Shown here: piece by piece, positions 11,360 through 21,883 of the stretch
How positions within the stretch are numbered: position 1 is the stretch's first letter
Layout of the letters: each line of letters starts with the position of its first letter
NCBI GenBank assembly: GCA_024626585.2
Contig: JANKJI020000004.1
Coordinates: forward strand, 89,506,515-89,528,397
Direction of reading: 5' to 3'
Origin: Ginkgo biloba
Lineage: Eukaryota > Plantae > Ginkgophyta
Length of the DNA: 21,883 nt
Program-made: the position numbers and the translations under genes
Notes under the pieces: model-generated
What the model saw: the letters and a program-made list of their open reading frames with translations, nothing else
What the model was told of the DNA's origin: nothing
Databases searched by the model: none

Positions 11360-13099
11360 TGTGTCTGTGCAGATCGGATGACAATGTATGTTGTTTTTTG
11401 GCAATTTTTCAGTGCTCAATGCAAGCTTCTCTATACTACAAACCAGATCTGCATTGTTGAGATTAGAGTTAATGCTTTGTCTACAAGAAAAATAGGCAGT
11501 TACTACTAACTGTGCCAAGCCTTCCAAGCCCAACTGCTCAACTGATGCAATGTCCTTTTGAGTGTTCTACATAGTCTATCTGCTATTGGTACTTGAATTA
11601 AGTAATGTGGGTGGTCTGATAGAGTTTGACCACCGACTCAGACTTCTAATGGGCTATCTAAAACCATTTTTTTGAGCCAATTTCTCAGCTTGCATAAGAC
11701 TCTATTTCATACCATCTTATGCTTATTAGCAACTGCATAGAGGCAATTTGCCTGTCCTAAATTAAACCAAATTTTTAGACCTCTTTTAAGCAAACTCTCC
11801 ACCATTACCTAGTTCTCCATCAATGGGAAACAGAGATAATCCGGATCAGTCCTCTGATAGTTACACAATCTTTCTCCTTACCTGCAAAAACATGTTGGAA
11901 AGTAACAATAGAGATGAGTTAATGTTGATCTAAGTCATGATTAGCCTCTAGTGTGTGCATTCGGTAAAAAATGGTGACCACTTGGGAATAGCTACAACTC
12001 ATGTTAGTGTTGCTAGGAATGATGAAGCTAGAATCACTAGGTTTATGTAGCCTGAGGAGAATTTGATAGCCTTCTAGGAGATTATGATCCCTCTCAGTAT
12101 CACCGCAGAAGAAGTTGCCAACAGGTCCACAAATCGCCATTGAAGTTTACGATGGATGGAAAGCAGATAATCTATCATTATCTTTGAAGTCTTGTGATCT
12201 AATCAACAGTGGTAAAAGAAAGATCATAATAGATGGGAAGGATGAAACTGAAGATTACGTGAGCGACTTATAGGAACATAAAGATCAGATGAGAAGGCAT
12301 ATGCCAACCAATTTCCCACTGCTGCAAAAGTGACCATACACCAGTTGGGGAGCTCATCTAAGCTATCTTCCATAAACGAATTTCCATGCTTCCTTACATG
12401 GATGAAGGCCCTCAGGGCCTCGAGTGCCAAATCACCTTGAATTCCAAGGGGATCTAAAGAAGAGGAAGGAGTGGTGTGTGAGTTGAAGAATGAAAAATTA
12501 AGCAACAAATGTTTCCTACTCTCCTTAGCATCTTTAATGATATCACAAGATATTTGGCAAGGAAACTCCTGTGAATGACCTTGACTTCTGGCTTCATGAT
12601 ATCTTTTTGCTAACTACAGTTAGTTTGCTGTTCGGACTCTTGTTGTGTATGGTCAGTAATTAGTTTTAATCTAACTGTTTGTAATCGTAATATAATACAC
12701 ACCTACTGTACTAGGCACTGCAGACACTAGCTTATGACACATCATAAACAATGGTTCCCCTATAGTAGCTCCTAGTAGTAAATGCTTCATATGCNNNNNN
12801 NNNNNNNNNNNNNNNNNNNNNNNNNNNNNNNNNNNNNNNNNNNNNNNNNNNNNNNNNNNNNNNNNNNNNNNNNNNNNNNNNNNNNNNNNNNNNNNNNNNN
12901 NNNNNNNNNNNNNNNNNNNNNNNNNNNNNNNNNNNNNNNNNNNNNNNNNNNNNNNNNNNNNNNNNNNNNNNNNNNNNNNNNNNNNNNNNNNNNNNNNNNN
13001 NNNNNNNNNNNNNNNNNNNNNNNNNNNNNNNNNNNNNNNNNNNNNNNNNNNNNNNNNNNNNNNNNNNNNNNNNNNNNNNNNNNNNNNNNNNNNNNNNNN

Positions 13100-14930
13100 A
13101 GGGATATATATGCAAAACACAAAATACCCAAATAAAACCTCGAGCATCCAAAGTCCAATAAACAGGAACTTTGAAGGGGCAACAAAAGTCTTGTGGTGAG
13201 TCAAGCCAAGGGCATCAAGCAAAATAAATTTATATAAATACAATTGGTCAGGCCATGGGGCCACTAGAAGAGAAGTGGGGTCATTACCGTCCTTCCTTGA
13301 AATAGAGGGCATGCTGCAAGGCTCTAGATTCACATGCGGCCCCCACTTGTCCTTAAATTGTCATTGTAGTTGGTCAAAAGGAACTTCCAACCATCCCCAG
13401 TGTTGGCACTATAAGACAGAGGTAGGGCATCCTATCATTCCTTTGTGGGTAGGGGGAAAATATAATATTGAGAGGGCCATGCTACCTCCTCTTTGTTGGC
13501 TCCTATTTCTCAATGAGCTCATGGCCCTTGCAAGTAGTCGCTCATGGTAGCCTCCTTATCCTAGTGTGGGGTCCCTTTGCTAACTGTACAAGGGGCACTG
13601 CCCCACCCTTCTATCAATGCTATTAAATAGGAAACTTCCACTTGGACCATCTTGCCTAATTTTGAAAATGCATGGCCTAGTTTCTAAGAATCAAAGAATG
13701 GGAATGATTAGTAACTTTACATTGAAGTATCTCTAGGCAAAATCAACTGAATTTGTGGTCTTTCAAATAAAGTAAAGTAAAGGACTTTAATTCTTAGGAG
13801 ATGCCAAGCATTGTTGAAAATATGCAGGCCAAGGCAAGATCTCCTCATATTTAATAATGAAGGGTCCCAACTAATTGATAACATGCAACAAGGTTAGTAA
13901 AGACCTTAACCCATACATTCGACCCAGGGACACCACTAGAAGAGATGCTTTCCATGTTTGGCCCATTTTTTGAAATATGGAGGTAGAGCTAGGTCATGAT
14001 GGATGACGAACCAAGCAAGAAGTCTTTTTGGGACTCTAGGTGTGCCTTTCAAAGTCTATGAAATTTTTTGTGCCAAAGGAAAGCCTATCCACATTATCTT
14101 AACTTGTCTTTAGTGAGTAGGCACTTGCGGTGGAGAAATTCATAAATGCTTTCTTCACATTCTAATTCCAGTCTTTTCACCATTCCTTAGCGGACTATAA
14201 GCAGTATTTGGGAATAAGAGCAGTTGGGAAGTCCCTGATTAGGTTATCAATAGACTTTTATCAAATGTTGCTGATTTGAATGTAGTTTCAAACTCCTCCC
14301 TCTTGAGTTGGCCAAGATTTGTGACGGGGTTGCAAAAGTCATAAAAGGTTTGATTAACTTTCTAAAATGCTCAAGGGATTAAACCAAGGATTTCTCTTAG
14401 TGGCTTCCTATCAAAAGCAAATAGTGTGGACCATCAGATGGATTGGTCATTCACTAACAATTTCTTGTAGGCCTCTGAAATTTTCAATATGTTCGTAAAG
14501 AGTGCTAAGTGGTTCGTAGGTTCAATTGTACCATCGTAACGAGGACCTTGGAATATTGAGTCCATGTTACCCCCACAATGGTGAGATTTGTCTTGTATGA
14601 CCATCTCATTTTTATATAATTTATTCTTATATCATTTGATCCGTTGTAAATTAATCTTCTATGCACAAAAGGTTCAACGAATGATTGCAAAGTTTCACTT
14701 AATCGAGTGTGTGTAGCCAAGGGGTCTCTGCCATCCTTTTCGTTAAGCACCGAGCATGTTCTTCCTTGTGGTGTAAGAGTCATGGGAAAGTTCGTTGCTT
14801 CGTCCTCTTCCAGTATTTTGACTCTTATGTCATTTTCATCTTTGTCGAGGGTTGGAAAAAGTTACAAGGGTACCAATTCTACTTCTTGTTGGGAAATCAG
14901 AGTGAAACAACAAGAGATGAGAGCAACATA
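13100..14930 (-). mobile_element. Possible decayed LTR-retrotransposon gag region
   Basis: The minus strand at ~14240-14140 reads PKYCL*SAKEW*KDWN*NVKKAFMNF, resembling the Retrotrans_gag A..W....W..LK.AF motif. The rest is unreadable and the boundaries are set by gaps. Confidence 0.3.
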
Positions 14931-17175
14931 AAAAAAACAGCAGTACACAATGATTACAAGAAAATAAATCTTGTATTAGATCACAGTAATGTANNNNNNN
15001 NNNNNNNNNNNNNNNNNNNNNNNNNNNNNNNNNNNNNNNNNNNNNNNNNNNNNNNNNNNNNNNNNNNNNNNNNNNNNNNNNNNNNNNNNNNNNNNNNNNN
15101 NNNNNNNNNNNNNNNNNNNNNNNNNNNNNNNNNNNNNNNNNNNNNNNNNNNNNNNNNNNNNNNNNNNNNNNNNNNNNNNNNNNNNNNNNNNNNNNNNNNN
15201 NNNNNNNNNNNNNNNNNNNNNNNNNNNNNNNNNNNNNNNNNNNNNNNNNNNNNNNNNNNNNNNNNNNNNNNNNNNNNNNNNNNNNNNNNNNNNNNNNNNN
15301 NNNNNNNNNNNNNNNNNNNNNNNNNNNNNNNNNNNNNNNNNNNNNNNNNNNNNNNNNNNNNNNNNNNNNNNNNNNNNNNNNNNNNNNNNNNNNNNNNNNN
15401 NNNNNNNNNNNNNNNNNNNNNNNNNNNNNNNNNNNNNNNNNNNNNNNNNNNNNNNNNNNNNNNNNNNNNNNNNNNNNNNNNNNNNNNNNNNNNNNNNNNN
15501 NNNNNNNNNNNNNNNNNNNNNNNNNNNNNNNNNNNNNNNNNNNNNNNNNNNNNNNNNNNNNNNNNNNNNNNNNNNNNNNNNNNNNNNNNNNNNNNNNNNN
15601 NNNNNNNNNNNNNNNNNNNNNNNNNNNNNNNNNNNNNNNNNNNNNNNNNNNNNNNNNNNNNNNNNNNNNNNNNNNNNNNNNNNNNNNNNNNNNNNNNNNN
15701 NNNNNNNNNNNNNNNNNNNNNNNNNNNNNNNNNNNNNNNNNNNNNNNNNNNNNNNNNNNNNNNNNNNNNNNNNNNNNNNNNNNNNNNNNNNNNNNNNNNN
15801 NNNNNNNNNNNNNNNNNNNNNNNNNNNNNNNNNNNNNNNNNNNNNNNNNNNNNNNNNNNNNNNNNNNNNNNNNNNNNNNNNNNNNNNNNNNNNNNNNNNN
15901 NNNNNNNNNNNNNNNNNNNNNNNNNNNNNNNNNNNNNNNNNAACATTTGATCCGATTGCCGTATTCCACATAAGAAAATGAGTTGAGATGTGTGAAGCTG
16001 AGATTCTAACTGTTGGACAGTGTTGACCAAGGTTGAGATTATGATGTTGAAAATATAGGAAACCTTAGCCATAGTCATAATAATGGGTTGTAATTAAATT
16101 CACTGTAGCTAGGCAGGGTCTCCCTAGGCTGTAGTGAGGTTAGAAGGCCACTAAACAATGGAGAACAAAGAGACAAGGGTAGAAAGGAAAAATTGTTGCA
16201 CAAAGGAGCAGGCATCCATAGGTAAACATCAATCGAGCAACATCACCCATGAATTAAAGCATAAAACTACTCGTAAAGAAGGCAAACAAAAGGATNNNNN
16301 NNNNNCTCTAGGGAAAATAGAGGATACCCCACAAGAAGCAAGCAACTCACATAGCACTCACCTTTACCAAACCAAGAAACAGAGGAGGACACCTCACGAG
16401 GAGCGAGCGACTCAAATAGTGCTCAACTTGAACAAAACCAAATCATATAAGAGGCCCTGCATTCAATGGTAGTTGGTGAAGTTCAAAGTAATAATGAGGA
16501 GACAAAAGAAGAAAAATACAAAGTCATAGAAAATAACATTTCATGGCAAAGTGTTGACCTTAGTGCAAAAGCAGGAGGAAACCCCTTGGTCTTTGACGCA
16601 CGAACAACATCAATTAAGAAAGTTTTCATGACAATACAAGCAGAGGAGCTAGTGAGTGTGCTAGTGGATGACATGACTAGCAAAAAAAGCTCAGAAGCAT
16701 CAAAAGATTATAGACCAACTTTGATGGAAGAAACACAATAGTCTTAAACACTGTATAGTCTTATGAACCCCCCATGCAAAAGTCCTATAAAACTGGCAAA
16801 CTCTCAATAGGCAGATGTGCAGGGAGGCCACCCTCAAAATTATCGACCATAGTAGCCAATGAGAGGCAGTGCAGACCAATAGAATAAAGGCCACATTTCG
16901 ATAACGCCCCCACTAAATACCAATAACACATTCAATCTGAATCCATTNNNNNNNNNNNNNNNNNNNNNNNNNNNNNNNNNNNNNNNNNNNNNNNNNNNNN
17001 NNNNNNNNNNNNNNNNNNNNNNNNNNNNNNNNNNNNNNNNNNNNNNNNNNNNNNNNNNNNNNNNNNNATTCTTTAGCCCCTTTGCCAACAATTGATAGTC
17101 TTTAAATAATTCTAGAACGAACAACAGAAGTATACCAAACACAACAAATGGAGCAATAATATTGTATCTCTTGCG

Positions 17176-18528
17176 AATCTAGGAGAATTCAAAAATCAAA
17201 CTAGTCCGAACAATACCAATCGCAGTAGTACCAATAACCAATTCAATGGTAATTTTTCCTTCTATAAAACTCATTTTCCAAGTATGAGGGCCAACTTCAA
17301 TCATAGTGGCGCAAATCCCAACACATACAGAGGATCATTCAATAACCAATTCAACAATTAGTTCAATATGCTAGCAACTTCAACAATAATAACACTTCTA
17401 TTCAAGGTATTTAGGAGGAACATGAACCCAGGAGGAAACCTTTTTCTTAGAGGAGGTAATTTTAGTGATGTAAACAATGAAGGGAATGGAGGAAATCAAA
17501 ATGGTGAATAAGGAAAACCACTAGGAGCTATACTTTCCTCGATACCTCCCTCAGTCACCTAATCTAAAATGGATATCGTGATCCATTTGAACATCTGGCG
17601 TCATTCTTGAACAATGTTGCACAAAAATGCATTACAGACAAAGAGACTATCAAACATAATTTTTTCTCAACATTGTGAGGACATGCCCTAGTATGGTTCT
17701 AGTGCGTTCGGGAAAATTTATGGACCATGATCCGCGAGCAATTTTGTGATCGTTTCCAAACTCTATGCGATCCAACAACTATCCATAGAGTACTAAAATA
17801 AATTAAACATGTAGATGAAACAATCCGTAATTCATATGGACGAATGCAATTACTTGTGGTGAAACTACGAGGGCATAACACTATCCTACCAGTAGCATTG
17901 ATGAATTATTTTGTGGATGGACTTCTACCACCTTATTGGGAGAAGATCCAACATCACCCTATTGAAAGTTACGAACAAGTTCGAAATTTGGCCATGGCAT
18001 TCGAGAACCAAATGATCATGAATAACTTAAATCCAAATACGCCATGTCAGATAGAGAATTCTGCACAAAGTGATGTGCCATACTCATGTTGGGAAATGAA
18101 CCGAGGACCAAAACAATCAAAAGAAGATGAAGCAATTGAGAAACTTACAATTGGGATTGAGAAACTAAAAGTAAACCAAGGCAAGAAGGCGAAAAACATA
18201 GCCACACTGAAAGGTAATAATAAGGGTGGTAATATCAAGCACCTTCAGAAATATCAAAACACTAGAGTAATGTATGTTGTCGTAAATACAACAAAGACAC
18301 CCATGACACAAAGGCATACTACTCACTATTGCAAAATCAACAAAACAACTCGAATTGTAGTCGAGGAACCTGTGGTGGTTATAACAACAATAATAAAAGT
18401 AACATCAACTATCAAGGAGGTAAGATAGATGATGAACCCTTGATACATTGTATTGTTTAGAGTGGGGCCAGGAATCTCATAATTTCCCTTATATAAAGAA
18501 TCACAAAGTTGCACTATGCAAATAGTGT
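17176..18528 (+). mobile_element. Ty3/gypsy gag remnant, copy 1
   Basis: An Asn/Gly-rich linker is followed by NGYRDPFEHLASF...WTMIREQFCDRF...ETIRNSYGRMQLLV...NYFVDGLLPPY...AMAFE (Retrotrans_gag-like). The Zn knuckle is degenerate (CRKYNKDTHDTKAY). The copy ends at an N gap. Confidence 0.8.
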
Positions 18529-18628
18529 NNNNNNNNNNNNNNNNNNNNNNNNNNNNNNNNNNNNNNNNNNNNNNNNNNNNNNNNNNNNNNNNNNNNNNNN
18601 NNNNNNNNNNNNNNNNNNNNNNNNNNNN

Positions 18629-18990
18629 ATGATAAAAGGTTTTTTTTTTTTTTTTAAAGTCTAACACTAAAGCATTTTTCAAATTTTGCTTCAACAACTC
18701 AAAGCTCACTTAACAATTTCTATCCACTTGAATCTCTTAATTAATTCTATTAGAGGTGCTACCAATTTTGAAACATCTAATACAAATTTGCATTAAAAGT
18801 TGGCTACTCAAAGAAACTTCTCACCTCGTGGATGCTCACTAAAGTCTTCCATATACATATTATTTTAATATTTTTCAAATCCACCACTATGCCTTTTGTT
18901 GAAACTATATGCCCAAGGTACTCCACTTCTTCTTATTAGAAGTCATATTTTGATAATTTGGCATACATTGGCTCCTTCCTTAGAAAATCT
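18629..18990 (-). mobile_element. Inverted Ty3/gypsy reverse transcriptase C-terminal/connection fragment
   Basis: The minus strand reads LRKEPMYAKLSKYDF**EEVEYLGHIVSTKGIVVDLKNIKIICIWKTLVSIHEVRSFF...SKLVAPLIELIK..FKW...SFELLKQNLKNALVLDF. This matches the classic LYAKLSKCEF..V.YLGHIVS..G..VDP..W..P....EVRSFLG motif series. Confidence 0.88.
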
Positions 18991-21883
18991 AAGAGCATTC
19001 AAAAATCAAACTAGTCCAAACAATACTAGTAGTTGTGGCGGTACCAATAACCAATTCAATACTAATTTTGCTTTCCATAACACTAATTTTCAAAGTATGG
19101 GGGGCAACTTCAATAGTAACAACACAAATCCCAACATGTATAGAGGATCATTAAACAATCAATTCAATATCCCAGGCAACAAATTCAATAATAGTAGCAA
19201 TTTCAATTAAGGATATTTTGGAGGGAACCTAAACCCAAGAGGAAACCTTTCCCCAAAGGTAAATTTGGTGGCAAAAGCAATGGAGGGGAGGGAGGAAATT
19301 TCTACGGTGGTAATTTTAGTGGTAAAATCAATGGAGAGAATGGAGGAAATTTCTACTAAGGAAATCAAAATAGCAAATACAAAAACCAACCNNNNNNNNN
19401 NTTTTCTCAAATACCACCCTCAATCACCTAACCTACAATGGATATCATGATCCATTTGACCATCTGGCGTTATTCTTGAATAATATTATGCAACAGTGCA
19501 TTACAAACAAAGTAAAAATAAAACAATTTTTTCTAAACATTGCAAGGATAGGCCCTATTATGGTTTCAATGTGTCCAAGAAAATTTATGGACCATGATCC
19601 AAGTATAATTCTTGGATTGCTTCTAAGCTTTGTGCGACCCAACAACTATCCATACAACATTAAAAGAAATTAAACAACATCTAGGTGAAACAATCCATAA
19701 TTAAAATAGACAAATACAAGTACTTGTGGAGAAACTATGGGGGCATAACACTATCCCACCAGTAGCAGTGATGAATTATTTCACCAACAAACTTCTACCA
19801 CCTTATTAGGAGATCATCGAACGTCACCCTATTGAGAGTTACAAGTCTAAAATTTGGCCATAGCATTCAGGAAGTAGATGAGAATTGATGACCTAAATCC
19901 AAACATGCTTTCACAGATAGAGAATTTTGCACAAATTGATGTGCCATACTCATGTTGGAGGAAGAACCAAGGACCAAAAAAATCAAACGTTGAAGCAATT
20001 GAGAAACTCCCCACTAAGATCGAGAAACTAAAAGTAAACCAATGCAAGAAGGCAAAAAATACAACCGCGCCGAAAGGTAATAATAAGGGTAGTAATAATC
20101 AAGCACCTTCGAAAACATCAAAGGACCTGAATAAAGTATGGTGCCATATGTGCGACAAAGACACCCACAACACCTAGGCATGTTATTCACTATCGCAAAA
20201 ATGACAAAACAACTTGACTTGCAGTCAAGGAACCTAGGGTGGTGATCATAACAATAATAACTATAACGCCAATTATCAAGGAGCTGAGACAGATGACGAA
20301 CCCCAGCAAGGACAAGAATCTCGTAATTGCACCTTATATAAAGGATCATAAAGATGCACTATGCAAACAATGTAGACCAAGTGATCACAAAACAAAAAAT
20401 TGTCCTCAAAAGCAAAAAGGATCCAAATCTGTCAATTGTACTTTGGATGAAGCATAGAATTACTACATGAATGTCGACACCTATTCTAGGAAGAAGATTG
20501 AAAACAATAAGCAAATTGAGGCCAATTTTTTGAATACCAAAAAGGAGAGGACCGGTTCATAGTAGCGAAAGAAGCATCAGAGGTTATAGCTAAAGAAAAA
20601 AAAGAAAAAAGGAAGCAACCTGAAAGGCGGAAGAATTGGAACGATTGCACACCGCCAAGGCTAATGAGGAAATCAAGCAAATAAAAAATAAACAAAAGGT
20701 AACGAAGGTTTATGTTATGAAGAATCCTAAGGAGACAACCCCAACTCAAACTACAGAGGTTAACAATCTTAGGCCAAGTCAATCTACAATGATAGTCGCC
20801 CTAGTAGACTTGGTCACACTCATCCAAAATCAAAAGATGGATTTGTTGAAAGGAATTAATGAAGATTTAAAACTAAATGTACTCTTAACTAATTTTTTTT
20901 AGCTTTGGGAACTTGATTTAAGACACTCTTTAAACTGTGAGAACTAGAAACAAGATGATAAACTAGTGAGATGTATGAAACCTAAAGTGGACTTAAACCC
21001 CCAAGTAACGATGCAGGTATGGGGTAGCAAAATCCATAAAGCAATTGTGAGTGGAGGATCAATGCTAAATGTGATACCTGAAAGCACATGGGAAATAATA
21101 GGCAGGCCAAACCTGCCACTTGCCCATTACTTTTTGACGATGGCCAATCAATCAAGAGTACAACCAATAAGGGCAATTGAGAATGTCTCAGTTGATGTAG
21201 CCGAAATTNNNNNNNNNNNNNNNCTATCAAATTTTGTAGTTTTGAAGATGCTGTCAAGAGGTCACTCATTCACAACCTTGCTAGGATGAGAATGACTCAA
21301 TGCTACATGAGCCATATGGGATTGGGAGCAGTATACATTCACCTTATGACAAAGAGGGAAGCGCATTCCATTATAGGTGGTGTCAAAAGGGCCGACATTC
21401 GTAAAAGAAGATGAAGCATCGCGTGGCACTGCACCTTCTGAATTCACGACGAGTTCATATTCATAATTGGTGTACCATTTTGCTTCCAAGGAAGAGGCAC
21501 TTGAGTCGAATCAAAATGGAGAAATTGACATTGATGACAACTCAGATAACGATACAAACTTCATGACGAATTGGCTCCATGAAGCTTACAAACTTAATAT
21601 GCATACTTGTTATANNNNNNNNNNNNNNNNNNNNNNNNNNNNNNNNNNNNNNNAAAACCCATTTAAAGATGATATGAGCATCATCTAGGATGTAAACATT
21701 AAACCTACTAAGAAGAATATCACGAGGAAAGACATGAAAGTTTTTTGTTGAAATACCTTGTATACTTATCAAATTAAGCAGCTAGTAGTGTGTGCATCAA
21801 CAAACAAAATACGTTGTAAAGAGCCAAGAAGAAAACATTAGAAACTTTGTTAGTTCAGAAGGGACACCGTTTCTGATGATCAC
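18983..21883 (+). mobile_element. Ty3/gypsy gag (copy 2) with two CCHC zinc knuckles and an aspartic protease; degenerate
   Basis: Collinear with copy 1 up to ~20373. CX2CX4HX4C motifs at 20142-20183 (CHMCDKDTHNT*AC) and 20362-20403 (CKQCRPSDHKTKNC). Protease-like KAIVSGGSMLNVIPESTWEIIGRPNL...LTMANQSRVQPI..IENVSVDVA...FVVL...LLG at ~21038-21289. Many stops. Confidence 0.85.

Noticed and set aside
11360-11533. N-terminal extension of the 174-aa ORF (MGLEGLAQ...)
   Set aside because: It starts at TTG and shows no CslA similarity. The family-like N-terminus MDRLS begins at ATG 11359.
14866-14876. TGGTACC on the minus strand as a tRNA primer-binding site
   Set aside because: It matches only 5 nt of the iMet PBS (TGGTATCAGAGC) and is not preceded by an LTR-terminal CA.
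14709-16078. Long 330-413 aa ORFs, and similar ones at 6690-7100 and 12671-13333
   Set aside because: Artefacts of N runs translated as X.
18640-18655. Poly-T run read as a LINE/retrocopy poly(A) tail
   Set aside because: It lies inside the RT fragment at the DF.K.F position and is better explained as homopolymer expansion.
1-21883. CRISPR arrays, rRNA/tRNA genes or prokaryotic-type systems
   Set aside because: I saw no regularly spaced repeats or structural RNA signatures. The sequence is eukaryotic with spliceosomal introns.

Overview
Plant nuclear DNA with many N gaps. Long, transposon-filled intron-like sequence suggests a large genome, possibly a gymnosperm (inference). There are two recognisable host-gene sequences. 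(1) A single intact 369-nt internal exon of an RCC1-repeat (UVR8/RCC1-family) gene lies on + at 9644-10012; I found no other exon of that gene in the window. (2) About 340 bp downstream, across a 100-N gap, a 5' fragment of a cellulose synthase-like A (CslA, glucomannan synthase, GT2) gene lies on the - strand. It has exon 1, exon 2, two canonical introns and the first ~10 codons of exon 3, then breaks off, so it looks like a young DNA-level duplicated or captured pseudogene nested antisense in the RCC1 intron. The rest is decayed retroelements: the 3' end of a chromodomain Ty3/gypsy element with PPT and probable LTR (1-1445), probable LINE relics (~5.9-9.0 kb), and a Ty3/gypsy gag-protease region whose gag is present twice, with an inverted RT fragment between the copies (17.2-21.9 kb). 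I see no evidence for a wholly new biological system. The nested antisense CslA fragment is the most interesting item. All family assignments come from recalled motifs, not database searches.
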